A stretch of 64,000 nucleotides of DNA, taken from the NCBI GenBank assembly GCA_049297495.1, contig JBAQUL010000010.1:12881-76880 (forward strand). Reading direction: 5' to 3'. The number at the start of each line of letters is the position of its first letter. Position 1 is the stretch's first letter. A program made the position numbers and the translations under genes. Positions 55,323 to 64,000 of the stretch are shown here, piece after piece. The stretch comes from Candidatus Moraniibacteriota bacterium (GTDB taxonomy: Bacteria; Patescibacteriota; Minisyncoccia; Moranbacterales; UBA2206). Below the pieces are notes generated by a model. That model was not told the DNA's origin. It ran no database searches and saw only the letters and a list, made by a program, of their open reading frames with translations.

Positions 55323-56933
55323 TTAACCAAAAATAATTTTCACCGCGAGAAGGCCATAAAGAGCGACCACGGCCAAAATCCACCAAAAGACACGCCTTGG
55401 GTGGATTTTTTTGTTGATCGTAATCAAAAAAGCCGCACTACCAAACAAAATCGCCCACCAAAAAAGCCGAAATTCATTAAGGAAAAAAATGCTTAACATG
55501 AATGAGATAAAGATCCCTGATGCCACGATTAGGCGTCCTTTTTCTTCTCCAAAAATTACTGGGACAGTGTGTACGCCGTCTTTTTTGTCGCCTTCAATAT
55601 CTTTAAAATCTTTTATTGGCAATGAAAATGTATATGCGATGATTAGCAGAAAAATCACGCGCCAAGACAGATTAGTGATGGTTTGATCTGGTGAGAAAAA
55701 AATAAAGCCGGAAAAAAACACTGTGAGCAATGTTAATGCGCTGAGCAAAGAAGCAATGAGCGCAAATCTTTTCAAACGAAATGGTTCCGCTGAATAAAAC
55801 CAGGCCATAATCTGATACACCAAAAACAATATCCCAAACTTATAGTGCACCAATAGCCCACCAACAAGCGAAAGAAAAAACATAATAGCACCCAACTGCG
55901 CATATTGACTAAAAGTGAAAATGCCCTTTTGCAGCGGTCTCTCTGGATTGGAAAGCATATCCACGCGATAATCAAAAATATCATTAACGACTACCGACGC
56001 CTCCCAGGCAAGAAGCACGCTACTCAAAATCACAACTACAGCCAAAAAGGAGAATAGATTTAAATTAAAATTTTCCGGATACGTAATAAGTCCTATCCCA
56101 AGCCCTAAAAACAGTAAGCCCCCATGGAAGATAACCTGTGGATAACGAAAATTGCGTATCACTGACCAGAACATTTTCGATTCTGACTTCCAAAAGAAAT
56201 AGCCTAAAATAGCCAAACTGAGAGGAAAATAGATTAAATTCAAATTGTGGGCCAAGGTATAAGCCGGATCAGAAAGTGCAATACCAAGATACTGAGCCTT
56301 GGCGAAGAATTGAACGATTTCAAATGAATGCAGAGAAAAAACTGCTTTTTGCTCAATCAAGCGAAAAAAATAATAGCACAGCGAAGGAAAAGCAGCCATA
56401 AAAAATAATGCGGAATATGTGCCAAATGCAGCAAAAATGCTCCTTGAGACTTTTTTCGTCTTTATTCCAACCAAAGCGGTCATTACCAATATCCCAATAA
56501 TAAAAGTGATTTTCGTGCCAAAATACACTACTCCGGAAGGAAGATGGCCAAAAATAGTCACATATTGCCAAAACAAATCAACTGGTGTGCTTATGAGATA
56601 GAAACTCCAAAACACTTCGCTTCCCGTTCGAATGAGATCAAAAATAGGCGGAAAAATGATTGCCAGTGACGCCCAAAGCATAAGATAGGCAAGAATAAAC
56701 GGCTTTTTTTTAAGAATTACACTCAAGACAAGCCAAACAAGAGCAAAGGAGAGAAAAAAGAAAAGTAAGTTATGAATATCCATTACTAAATCAAACAAGG
56801 GAGAATTTGATTTCGCGATAAATTTGTCTATATAGAGACGCAAAGCAATGATCCCAGAAAAATTCAGACACCAAAAAGCCGGATCAATCTTTTTGCCCAA
56901 AATATTATCAATAAATTTCACCAGTTTATCCAT
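55323..56933 (-). CDS. Fusion membrane protein: N-terminal polytopic domain of unknown function + C-terminal UbiA-family prenyltransferase domain
   Basis: UbiA motif NDIFDYRVD (NDxxDxxxD) and a second Asp-rich region (DFKDIEGDKKDG) in the C-terminal half. The ORF-track start at 57014 is TTG; first in-frame ATG at 56933. Confidence 0.55.
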   Translation of the reverse strand: MDKLVKFIDNILGKKIDPAFWCLNFSGIIALRLYIDKFIAKSNSPLFDLVMDIHNLLFFFLSFALVWLVLSVILKKKPFILAYLMLWASLAIIFPPIFDLIRTGSEVFWSFYLISTPVDLFWQYVTIFGHLPSGVVYFGTKITFIIGILVMTALVGIKTKKVSRSIFAAFGTYSALFFMAAFPSLCYYFFRLIEQKAVFSLHSFEIVQFFAKAQYLGIALSDPAYTLAHNLNLIYFPLSLAILGYFFWKSESKMFWSVIRNFRYPQVIFHGGLLFLGLGIGLITYPENFNLNLFSFLAVVVILSSVLLAWEASVVVNDIFDYRVDMLSNPERPLQKGIFTFSQYAQLGAIMFFLSLVGGLLVHYKFGILFLVYQIMAWFYSAEPFRLKRFALIASLLSALTLLTVFFSGFIFFSPDQTITNLSWRVIFLLIIAYTFSLPIKDFKDIEGDKKDGVHTVPVIFGEEKGRLIVASGIFISFMLSIFFLNEFRLFWWAILFGSAAFLITINKKIHPRRVFWWILAVVALYGLLAVKIIFG

Positions 56934-57165
56934 AAGTTCGGTTCGCGTATTCGTTTGTTCAATTATACAGAAAGACCACAAAAAAATAAAGGCTTCAAAA
57001 AACAAAAACACCAACCCTTTTGTCGATTAATCTGAGTTAATAAGCAGCAAATATCAAAAAATATATATGCTTACTTTTTGAAACAAAAGTAACTTTAAAT
57101 TTGATTTCGAAAAATCCATTTTGGCCCTTCACAGAGTGACAACTATTGTGGTATAATTTCGCTAT

Positions 57166-58284
57166 ATGAAAATAAAAAATATTAGCCTTCCCTTTTTCAT
57201 TCTCGCAATTCTGATTGTCGCCAGTTTTGCTTTTTATGTTGGCGCCCAAAGTAATTCCACTGGAAGTATTTTTCTTGATAGCGACCAAGATGGTCTTTCC
57301 AATGAAGAAGAGGTGGTTTACAGTACAAATCCTAATAATCCCGATACCGACGGGGATGGATATTCTGATGGAGCTGAAGTGCGCAGCGGATACAACCCAA
57401 CAAAAAAAGCTCCGGGAGACAAGCTCACCGGATTCACGACAGCTTCAAAAGCAGACTCTTCCGGTATTGCTGGCGCCAATAACCCATCCGGCGCTGTTTT
57501 GGGAGATAACTCAGAAAACAACCTCACAATGGATATTGCTCAAAAAATAAGTGAGCTTGCTGAAAAATCATCTACCGATAGCACTCCAATTTCTCTAGAT
57601 GAATTGCAAGCAACAATCAACCCCGCTCTTGATGCCAGCGCAATCTCAGAAGATGACCTTCCACAGATTGACCCGAAGGACATAAAAATAAAAAAACAAA
57701 ACTACGCAAATCTTAGCGCTGAAAAAGCCAAAGCCAGAAAAAAAGAAGATTGTGTTGATTATTTGACTGCCATAGCCTACATCTTCACCAGCAACTCACC
57801 TGAGCCAATCACAAAACTGCCAGATGCATCTGATATGATTTCAAAAATCACAAAAACAATTACAACAGCTGTCACCACGCAAAGCTCGGCTGGACTAAAA
57901 GAGCTCGTTACTAGCCAGCAAAAAGTCGTGGAACAATTAAAGGCCGTGGAAGTTCCTGAAGATTTGGTGGACATCCACACTAAGGCACTGCGCTTCGCAC
58001 TATATTCAGAAGGCTTGGGTTCGCTTTTTCAAGCGAAAGCAGATGACCCGATGACCAGTATCGCCAATCTTTCCAAATTACAAGGATTCATTTCTGTTTT
58101 TAGTGATTTTTCCACAGAAGCGCAAAGTAAATTCTCGGAATATGGTTTAACCTACGATGAAAACGTTCAGAAAAAATTGAAAAGCTATGGCATTGATGCG
58201 CCAAAAGATTTGAGTGGGCTAGAGTCATTATTAAAAGTTGACACAACGGCAACCACCACAGAGACGACTACGACGACTCCATAA
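57166..58284 (+). CDS. Secreted protein with thrombospondin-type-3-like calcium-binding repeats
   Basis: Signal peptide + TM (ISLPFFILAILIVASFAFYVGA); repeats DSDQDGLSNEEE...NPDTDGDGYSDGAEV; Thr-rich C-terminus. Confidence 0.5.
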   Translation: MKIKNISLPFFILAILIVASFAFYVGAQSNSTGSIFLDSDQDGLSNEEEVVYSTNPNNPDTDGDGYSDGAEVRSGYNPTKKAPGDKLTGFTTASKADSSGIAGANNPSGAVLGDNSENNLTMDIAQKISELAEKSSTDSTPISLDELQATINPALDASAISEDDLPQIDPKDIKIKKQNYANLSAEKAKARKKEDCVDYLTAIAYIFTSNSPEPITKLPDASDMISKITKTITTAVTTQSSAGLKELVTSQQKVVEQLKAVEVPEDLVDIHTKALRFALYSEGLGSLFQAKADDPMTSIANLSKLQGFISVFSDFSTEAQSKFSEYGLTYDENVQKKLKSYGIDAPKDLSGLESLLKVDTTATTTETTTTTP

Positions 58285-58326
58285 TTGAAAAGTGGCGCCT
58301 TTCACAAATAAAAAAGCAAAGCTGCA

Positions 58327-59382
58327 ATGAGTCTCCGTGTCCTTAGGAACTATATCAAAAAAATGCAAGAAAACTCCAAAAAACAAAAAAACTATTTTTC
58401 AAAAAAAATCACGGCTTTCTGGCTTTCTTTTGCGCTGTTTTTTCTTGCACTTTCCGCTCCACAAAAAGCCTGTGCCTGGGACGCCATTCCCGGGGCAATC
58501 TTTAAACAAGCCACGGAAGAAATCTCCTATGCTATTAAAGGCATGATGATGGGAGCACTGAAACAAGCGGCAATTAAAATGCTTTCCAAACAAATGGATC
58601 GCTTCATTTCAGGAGTTTCCGGAAACGGCGCAAAATTTATCACTAATTGGGAAGACTATTTGATTGACAATCCGACAAGAAACGCCCAACGCTATGCCAA
58701 TGACTATGTCAGTCGCGCTCTTTCTGGCAAAGGCAGCGTCAGCTATAAAAAATCCAGCAATTCTGTTTTAGGCGCCAGTACAATTGCCGGAGAAGGCTTT
58801 GGGAAAGAGGCGGTACTCGGCGATGCAGCTGAAAGCATAAACTATGCCGAATCAATCCAAACCATGGCCCAAAATGAAATTCTTGAACCAAAAGAATGGC
58901 AATTAAGCTATCCTGATGATCCAGCGAATATGTTTGAAAGTGACACGCTTGCCAATATGAACCTCTACATTAATGGAGATGGTAATGGCGGAAATACAAT
59001 CTGGGACGCCAAATCAGCGATTGCCAAAGAATATCAAACAAAACTGGACAATGAAAAAAGCCAAGCCTATGCCGAAGGCGTCTCCGGTCAAGGATTTTTG
59101 GGTGAAAAAATTGATGGAATGGTGGCAAAGCCAGGTATACTCTTCAAGGAAATGGAGGCTAACACAGAAAACTTGCCAAACCTCGCCATTTCTAACGCGA
59201 CGAGTATTGGAGAGTTGGTCGCCGCCACTGTTTCGAAAGCAATAACAGGAGTTATCAATAAAACTGTTAGCGGAGTGGAAAAAGCTATCAATAAAGAAGT
59301 CAGCAAAGTCACAGATAAGGCTGTCAAAGAAGTCAATAAAGAAGTCAACTCCTATGGACCAGGAGCGTTATATAAAAAATGA
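58327..59382 (+). CDS. Secreted hypothetical protein (351 aa)
   Basis: N-terminal hydrophobic segment ITAFWLSFALFFLALSAPQKACA (signal peptide). Stop overlaps the next gene's start (ATGA). Confidence 0.45.
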   Translation: MSLRVLRNYIKKMQENSKKQKNYFSKKITAFWLSFALFFLALSAPQKACAWDAIPGAIFKQATEEISYAIKGMMMGALKQAAIKMLSKQMDRFISGVSGNGAKFITNWEDYLIDNPTRNAQRYANDYVSRALSGKGSVSYKKSSNSVLGASTIAGEGFGKEAVLGDAAESINYAESIQTMAQNEILEPKEWQLSYPDDPANMFESDTLANMNLYINGDGNGGNTIWDAKSAIAKEYQTKLDNEKSQAYAEGVSGQGFLGEKIDGMVAKPGILFKEMEANTENLPNLAISNATSIGELVAATVSKAITGVINKTVSGVEKAINKEVSKVTDKAVKEVNKEVNSYGPGALYKK

Positions 59383-61613
59383 TTATGTTGTTTTTCTCAA
59401 AATTGAAACAAAAAATATCAAAAACAATATTCACGAGATCACGAAAAAGTTATCTGGCTATTTTTGGCCTGTCTCTTTTTTTCGTTTTCTTCTATTCACA
59501 CAATGCCCAAGCTGGTCCTGTTGACTGGGCGGTTGGAGCAATGGTCGAGACACTACTAAAGGCAGTCCTTCAGTTTTGCGCGATGCTCCTCTCTATGGCA
59601 GAAACTATTTTCAAATGGATTGTGAACGCAGACAATATGAAAGCAATTATGGACAACGAGGTTGTCTATTCGACATGGCGCACCGTTCGAGACTTCTTCA
59701 ATATTGCTTTCATCATGGTGCTTCTTTTCTCCGCCTTTGCAACCATTTTTCAGGCTCCAACCAACTTTAATTACAAAAAAATTCTGCTTAACCTAGTGAT
59801 CATGGCGCTTTTGGTCAATTTCAGCTATCCAATAGCACGCTTCATTGTTGACGCATCAAACATGATGATGTTTGGCATCCTCAAAAATCTCGACGGTTCA
59901 AATTCATTCATGGAAATTATTCAAAAAAGTAAACTCGCCGACATATTTACATCTGGCAAAGACAGTACTGATTTACTCTATTTGCTTTCAGCAATTATTT
60001 TTACGTTCATTTACGCCGTCACACTACTCGTGATTGCAGTTCTTTTGACAATCAGAACAATCGCCATCACCATCTATATCATCTTTTCACCAATCGCTTT
60101 CATCGGACCGATTGTTCCAGGCACAGCCGTTGCCTCCGCTGGCAATGATTGGTGGAAGGAATTTATGAAATATTGTTTCTCTGGTCCAACAATGATTTTC
60201 ATGCTTTTTATTGCGACCAGAATGATGGTTGCCGTGACAGATTCACAAATTAAAATGGGTGAGATAGCGATGACACAGGTCCGAGGCGACACCAGCAGTA
60301 ATGCTGTCGGGAACTTAATCACAAGTGCTTCTAAGTTTTCTCTACCAATTATTATTCTTTGGATTGGCATTATTCAAGCCCAAAAATCCGGTATCGCTGG
60401 CGCTGGGGCTGTTGTTGGAATGGGAACAAAAGCACTAAATAAAGCAGGGAAGTGGGCAGCAGGAGCACCAACTGGAGCTGCTTGGTGGGCAGCTAAAAAG
60501 ACTGGGGTGCCTGGCGGAGTGCAGCAGAAATGGGCTAACTGGAAAAAAGGTGGCATTTTGGGATCTGACAGACAAGCAGAGCGAGAGGCGAGAGTCGCTG
60601 GAGCTCTTGGCGTACCGAGAGTTACAGATCAGATGTATATGAAAAAACTCAAAGAAGCTGGAGAGAGTCATGATATGCCAAATATGGGCGTTAACGCGCT
60701 ACGCGAACTATCAAGAGGTGGTGATAGATATGAAAGTGCAGCTGCAATCCAAGAACTCATGAATCAAAATGCATTCGACATGAATAACGGGGATGACGCA
60801 GCTGCATATCAAAGAATGCAACAAGAATTTGGAACAACTAGTCAAGTATTTAGTCAGATCAATAACAAGCTCAAAGCATTTGACCCCGTTTCTGCCTTTG
60901 CACACATAACAGACGCACTTGAAAGACAAGCCAGAACGGTAGAATTTATGAATAGCAACAAATTCAAAGCAGAAAATTTAGGAGCGAGATCTCTCGGTAA
61001 TTCTAATTTTATGGAAACAGCTTTCAAGGAAGGAGCAATAACTAATGATGATCTTGAAAAATTAAGAAAAAAGAGCCCAACACATGAAAGAAACATACTA
61101 TCCTCACTAAGAACCGCCGCAAATAATTTTGGTGACCCTGGACAACTTCAGAGCAACATAGATGGATTAAGAGAACTTCCGCAATCAGATGAAAGGGACG
61201 CGCAAATAACACTACTTGATAACGACCTACGAAGAGCCAGAAGTATCCACACGGCCCACCTTGCTCAAACTGGAACATTCCATACCTCTCTTTCTGACGA
61301 TGCCAGCCTCAGTGATGCAGAAAGAAACATGAGAGCAGACTCAAGAACGCATATCATCTCAAGATTAAATGAAGATACAGCAAAAAGAACAAGAATTGAT
61401 ACAGGAACGCCAGGGGGAGATGAAAACCTAAGAACAGAATTTGCACAAAATTTGAATTCAAACAAATTCAAAGCGATTATGACAAAAATGGACAACGATA
61501 GCGTTGTGGCAGGTATCCTCGATACCGCACGAAAGGTTGGCGGACCTCCGGGTTCGGCAGGCGCAAGAAACGCACAAAAAGCAATCGAAGATGTCGATTT
61601 AAAGCAAAGGTAA
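59379..61613 (+). CDS. VirB6/TrbL-like polytopic membrane protein of a type IV secretion / conjugation-like system, with a long hydrophilic C-terminal domain
   Basis: Signal peptide, then at least 6 TM helices (about residues 40-320), then a roughly 400-aa hydrophilic tail. Architecture and position just upstream of a VirB3/VirB4-like pair fit VirB6/TrbL. Not motif-proven. Confidence 0.4.
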   Translation: MIMLFFSKLKQKISKTIFTRSRKSYLAIFGLSLFFVFFYSHNAQAGPVDWAVGAMVETLLKAVLQFCAMLLSMAETIFKWIVNADNMKAIMDNEVVYSTWRTVRDFFNIAFIMVLLFSAFATIFQAPTNFNYKKILLNLVIMALLVNFSYPIARFIVDASNMMMFGILKNLDGSNSFMEIIQKSKLADIFTSGKDSTDLLYLLSAIIFTFIYAVTLLVIAVLLTIRTIAITIYIIFSPIAFIGPIVPGTAVASAGNDWWKEFMKYCFSGPTMIFMLFIATRMMVAVTDSQIKMGEIAMTQVRGDTSSNAVGNLITSASKFSLPIIILWIGIIQAQKSGIAGAGAVVGMGTKALNKAGKWAAGAPTGAAWWAAKKTGVPGGVQQKWANWKKGGILGSDRQAEREARVAGALGVPRVTDQMYMKKLKEAGESHDMPNMGVNALRELSRGGDRYESAAAIQELMNQNAFDMNNGDDAAAYQRMQQEFGTTSQVFSQINNKLKAFDPVSAFAHITDALERQARTVEFMNSNKFKAENLGARSLGNSNFMETAFKEGAITNDDLEKLRKKSPTHERNILSSLRTAANNFGDPGQLQSNIDGLRELPQSDERDAQITLLDNDLRRARSIHTAHLAQTGTFHTSLSDDASLSDAERNMRADSRTHIISRLNEDTAKRTRIDTGTPGGDENLRTEFAQNLNSNKFKAIMTKMDNDSVVAGILDTARKVGGPPGSAGARNAQKAIEDVDLKQR

Positions 61614-61626
61614 GTCAAAATTTAGC

Positions 61627-62802
61627 ATGAACAATTATTTAGAAAAAAGAGATAAGCTTCCCAACCTCCTGAAGGAATTTCTCATGTCCGATACTCCGAG
61701 ATATGAAGTAGAGAGGGTTTGTTTTATGTATGCACTAAAAGAACAGGAAATACGCATTATTTCCCATCCAATTGCCCTCATATTTATTGGTGAATTAAAA
61801 TTAGCTGACTATCCAACACTAATTTTCAAGGAGTTGAATCAATCAGAGCAAATCATCTATGGCATTTCATTTGAAATTAACCAAAGAATCTTTGCTCGCT
61901 TTCCAGATTTCTTCAAAGACTCGCAAGACCTACTGGAAGAATGGTTTAGAAAAAAAGCCAACCCGCTTATAAGCGAAGATGCTGCTTGGCAAAAAGTTCT
62001 GGAACGAGAACCGGAGATCCAAGAAAGGGAGCGAGAGAGGGAAGCAGAAAGAAAAGAGGAAATGAAAAAAATGGAAATATACAAGGCTCAATTGGAAAAC
62101 CTGCCAATCGACGCTGCCTTGGAAAAATATCCTGAATTGGGAGAGCAACTGATTACATCCAATCATATCAAGCTGAAAATGTTTCCTGAGCCAGTCCGAC
62201 CATCAATTAAAAACTGGCTTTCTGATTACACCTTCACCATTGGCATTAGTAACCATGACCCAATCATACGTGGCGACTATCTGTTTAAGGGTGACAATGC
62301 GGCGTCTCTCTCCACTCAAGATCGCGAGAAGCTAACCGATATCATCAAATCATTTGAAGAAAAAACCCCCCTCACGATCAATACCAAAACGAAGCAAGTA
62401 GTCTTTATTGCTCCCGAAAGAAAAGAAACGCCACGAGCCCCAATGAGATCAGCCGTTAACCCAAATATTGCTCGTAGAGATTTGGAGCCAACCGAAATCA
62501 GAAGGGGACAAGAAAACTATCCGCAAAGAGAAATCTTGCCTCAAACACAAAAAAGATTCCAATCAGACGAAGAAAGAATCAGTGCTTGGAGAAAGGATTT
62601 GCCAGAAAAAAGAGTGCAAGCCGATGAAAGCCGGAATGAAAATATCCGATTTTCTTCCCCTCAAACATTCTCCACCGAAAAACCACCAGAAACTCCTCGC
62701 CCAGCCACGCCCAACTACCAAGCCCAAAAACCAGTTGCCAGAATTAATTATGCCACGCCAAGACCAATGCCAAGAAATGTGGTAAACTTGAGAGAGGAAT
62801 AA
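61627..62802 (+). CDS. Hypothetical protein with Glu/Arg-rich coiled segment and Pro-rich C-terminus
   Basis: Clean ORF with ATG start; EREPEIQEREREREAERKEEMKK; C-terminal PPETPRPATPNYQAQKP. Confidence 0.4.
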   Translation: MNNYLEKRDKLPNLLKEFLMSDTPRYEVERVCFMYALKEQEIRIISHPIALIFIGELKLADYPTLIFKELNQSEQIIYGISFEINQRIFARFPDFFKDSQDLLEEWFRKKANPLISEDAAWQKVLEREPEIQEREREREAERKEEMKKMEIYKAQLENLPIDAALEKYPELGEQLITSNHIKLKMFPEPVRPSIKNWLSDYTFTIGISNHDPIIRGDYLFKGDNAASLSTQDREKLTDIIKSFEEKTPLTINTKTKQVVFIAPERKETPRAPMRSAVNPNIARRDLEPTEIRRGQENYPQREILPQTQKRFQSDEERISAWRKDLPEKRVQADESRNENIRFSSPQTFSTEKPPETPRPATPNYQAQKPVARINYATPRPMPRNVVNLREE

Positions 62803-62901
62803 CCTCATGCAGCATGCAGCATGAAACATATAACAAAAAACTAGCGAATATGCTATCTCTTGTTGTCTGCTTCATGTTTCATGCTTCATGTTTCATGCTT
62901 C

Positions 62902-63300
62902 ATGATATTCAACGTCCCACAATTTATTGATATTGAAGACAAGATTGTCGGTCCACTCACCGCCAAGCAACTCGGCTGGATTGCAGCCGGTGCGGTCCTT
63001 GCATTGCTTAGTTATGCAATGTTCGACAAATCAACCTTCATCGTTTCTGCCCTTATTCTCGCAGTAATTTTTGGAGCGCTTGCCTTTTATCGTCCCTATA
63101 ACCAACCCCTCATTAAGTTTATCCTATCCTCAATCGCATTTATTATCCGCCCAAAAATGTATATTTGGAGACGAACGCCAGAAAAAGTTCAAAGAACCGT
63201 CGCTAAGAAAGAAGACAATGCGCCAATAATCACCAGAAAGAAGTTCGATTCCCAGAAAGTCTCTGACATCTCAGCTCTTCTTGATCACCGAAGTCGCTAG
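62902..63300 (+). CDS. PrgI/VirB3-like small two-TM membrane protein
   Basis: MIFNVPQFIDIEDKIVGPLTAKQLGWIAAGAVLALLSY... resembles the conserved N-terminal block of PrgI-family proteins that sit immediately upstream of VirB4 ATPases. The ORF-track start at 62860 is TTG, inside a tandem repeat. Confidence 0.4.
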   Translation: MIFNVPQFIDIEDKIVGPLTAKQLGWIAAGAVLALLSYAMFDKSTFIVSALILAVIFGALAFYRPYNQPLIKFILSSIAFIIRPKMYIWRRTPEKVQRTVAKKEDNAPIITRKKFDSQKVSDISALLDHRSR

Positions 63301-63409
63301 ATTACAAATTACTAAAAACATACATAGAAGCAAACGAAACAATCAGCTCAAGCCAAATACACGCGCTACCCAACCAAAAAGCGGGTAAATCTGCGCTAAA
63401 AACAAAAAT

Positions 63410-64000
63410 ATGGAAAAACTTTATTCGCAAAAACTCACAAAACAAGCTGCCACATCGCCGACGCAACAATATCTGGATGTAGCAGAGGTAAAGGAAGATG
63501 TTATTGTCCTCAAAAATGGTTCAATGCGTGTTGTACTCGCCGTTTCAGCCATCAACTTCGATCTCAAGGCCACAGACGAACAAGAAGCAATCATCAGTCA
63601 GTATCAAAACTTCCTCAACTCAGTTGATTTCCCACTGCAAATCCTGATCAGCTCACGAAAATTAAATATCGACACCTATATTGAGTTCCTAACGACCAAA
63701 GAGAAGCAGCAAAAAACTGAACTGATGCGCTTGCAAATATCTGAATATAAAAACTTTATCACGCAACTTGTCTCCATGTCTGATATCATGGATAAGGCTT
63801 TTTATCTAATTGTACCGTTTTCTCCGATTGAAAATGAGGAAAAAAACTTTTTCAGTAATTTTTCCAATATGATTAACCCAAAAAGAGGTATTTTGGAAAA
63901 AAGAGAAACATTTGAGACATACAAAAGTCAACTTTATCAAAGAGTCGACCATCTGACTGCCGGTCTTTCTGGTATTGGCGTCAAACTCGTCCCACTAAAA
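63410..64000 (+). CDS. virB4: VirB4/TrbE/CagE-family conjugation ATPase, N-terminal 197 aa (gene continues past the right window edge)
   Basis: ATG at 63410. VIVLKNGSMRVVLAVSAINFDLKATDEQEAIISQYQNFLNSVDFPLQILISSRKLNIDTYIE matches the conserved VirB4 N-terminal block. The open frame reaches the window end. Confidence 0.6.
   Translation, partial: MEKLYSQKLTKQAATSPTQQYLDVAEVKEDVIVLKNGSMRVVLAVSAINFDLKATDEQEAIISQYQNFLNSVDFPLQILISSRKLNIDTYIEFLTTKEKQQKTELMRLQISEYKNFITQLVSMSDIMDKAFYLIVPFSPIENEEKNFFSNFSNMINPKRGILEKRETFETYKSQLYQRVDHLTAGLSGIGVKLVPLK

Overview
This 64 kb window looks like a low-GC, gene-dense bacterial chromosome segment. The gene content suggests a Patescibacteria/CPR-like organism, but this is an inference: compact housekeeping genes, lysine/glutamate-rich protein tails, three TrmB-type HTH regulators, use of TTG/GTG start codons, and a VirB4/VirB6-type cluster. 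Recognisable housekeeping genes are a class A penicillin-binding protein, rplS, an RluA-family pseudouridine synthase, folD, fhs, dxs, cca, gyrA, rpsA, gmk, tilS, ftsH, pcrA, rpsO, pnp, rarA, comM, ksgA, lspA, a family 4 uracil-DNA glycosylase and an arginase-family hydrolase. There are 14 tRNA genes in four clusters. Three things are not ordinary. First, the window is full of palindromic hairpin repeats, including about 13 CACGTG-centred palindromes that sit in frame inside an O-antigen-ligase-like membrane protein gene and carry related hairpin cores in their long variants; separate families of MITE-like elements sit in intergenic DNA and tRNA 3'-end copies, and one in-frame hairpin sits in ksgA. 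Second, a TrmB-regulator cassette appears to have been inserted next to fhs, leaving a diverged duplicate of the fhs 3' end. Third, the right end of the window carries a conjugation/type IV secretion-like module: secreted repeat proteins, a VirB6/TrbL-like polytopic protein, a PrgI/VirB3-like protein and the N-terminus of a VirB4 ATPase. A roughly 600 bp ORF-poor region at 49.86-50.5 kb has a consensus promoter and long hairpins and may be a structured RNA. All functional calls rest on motif recognition by eye; no database search was possible.
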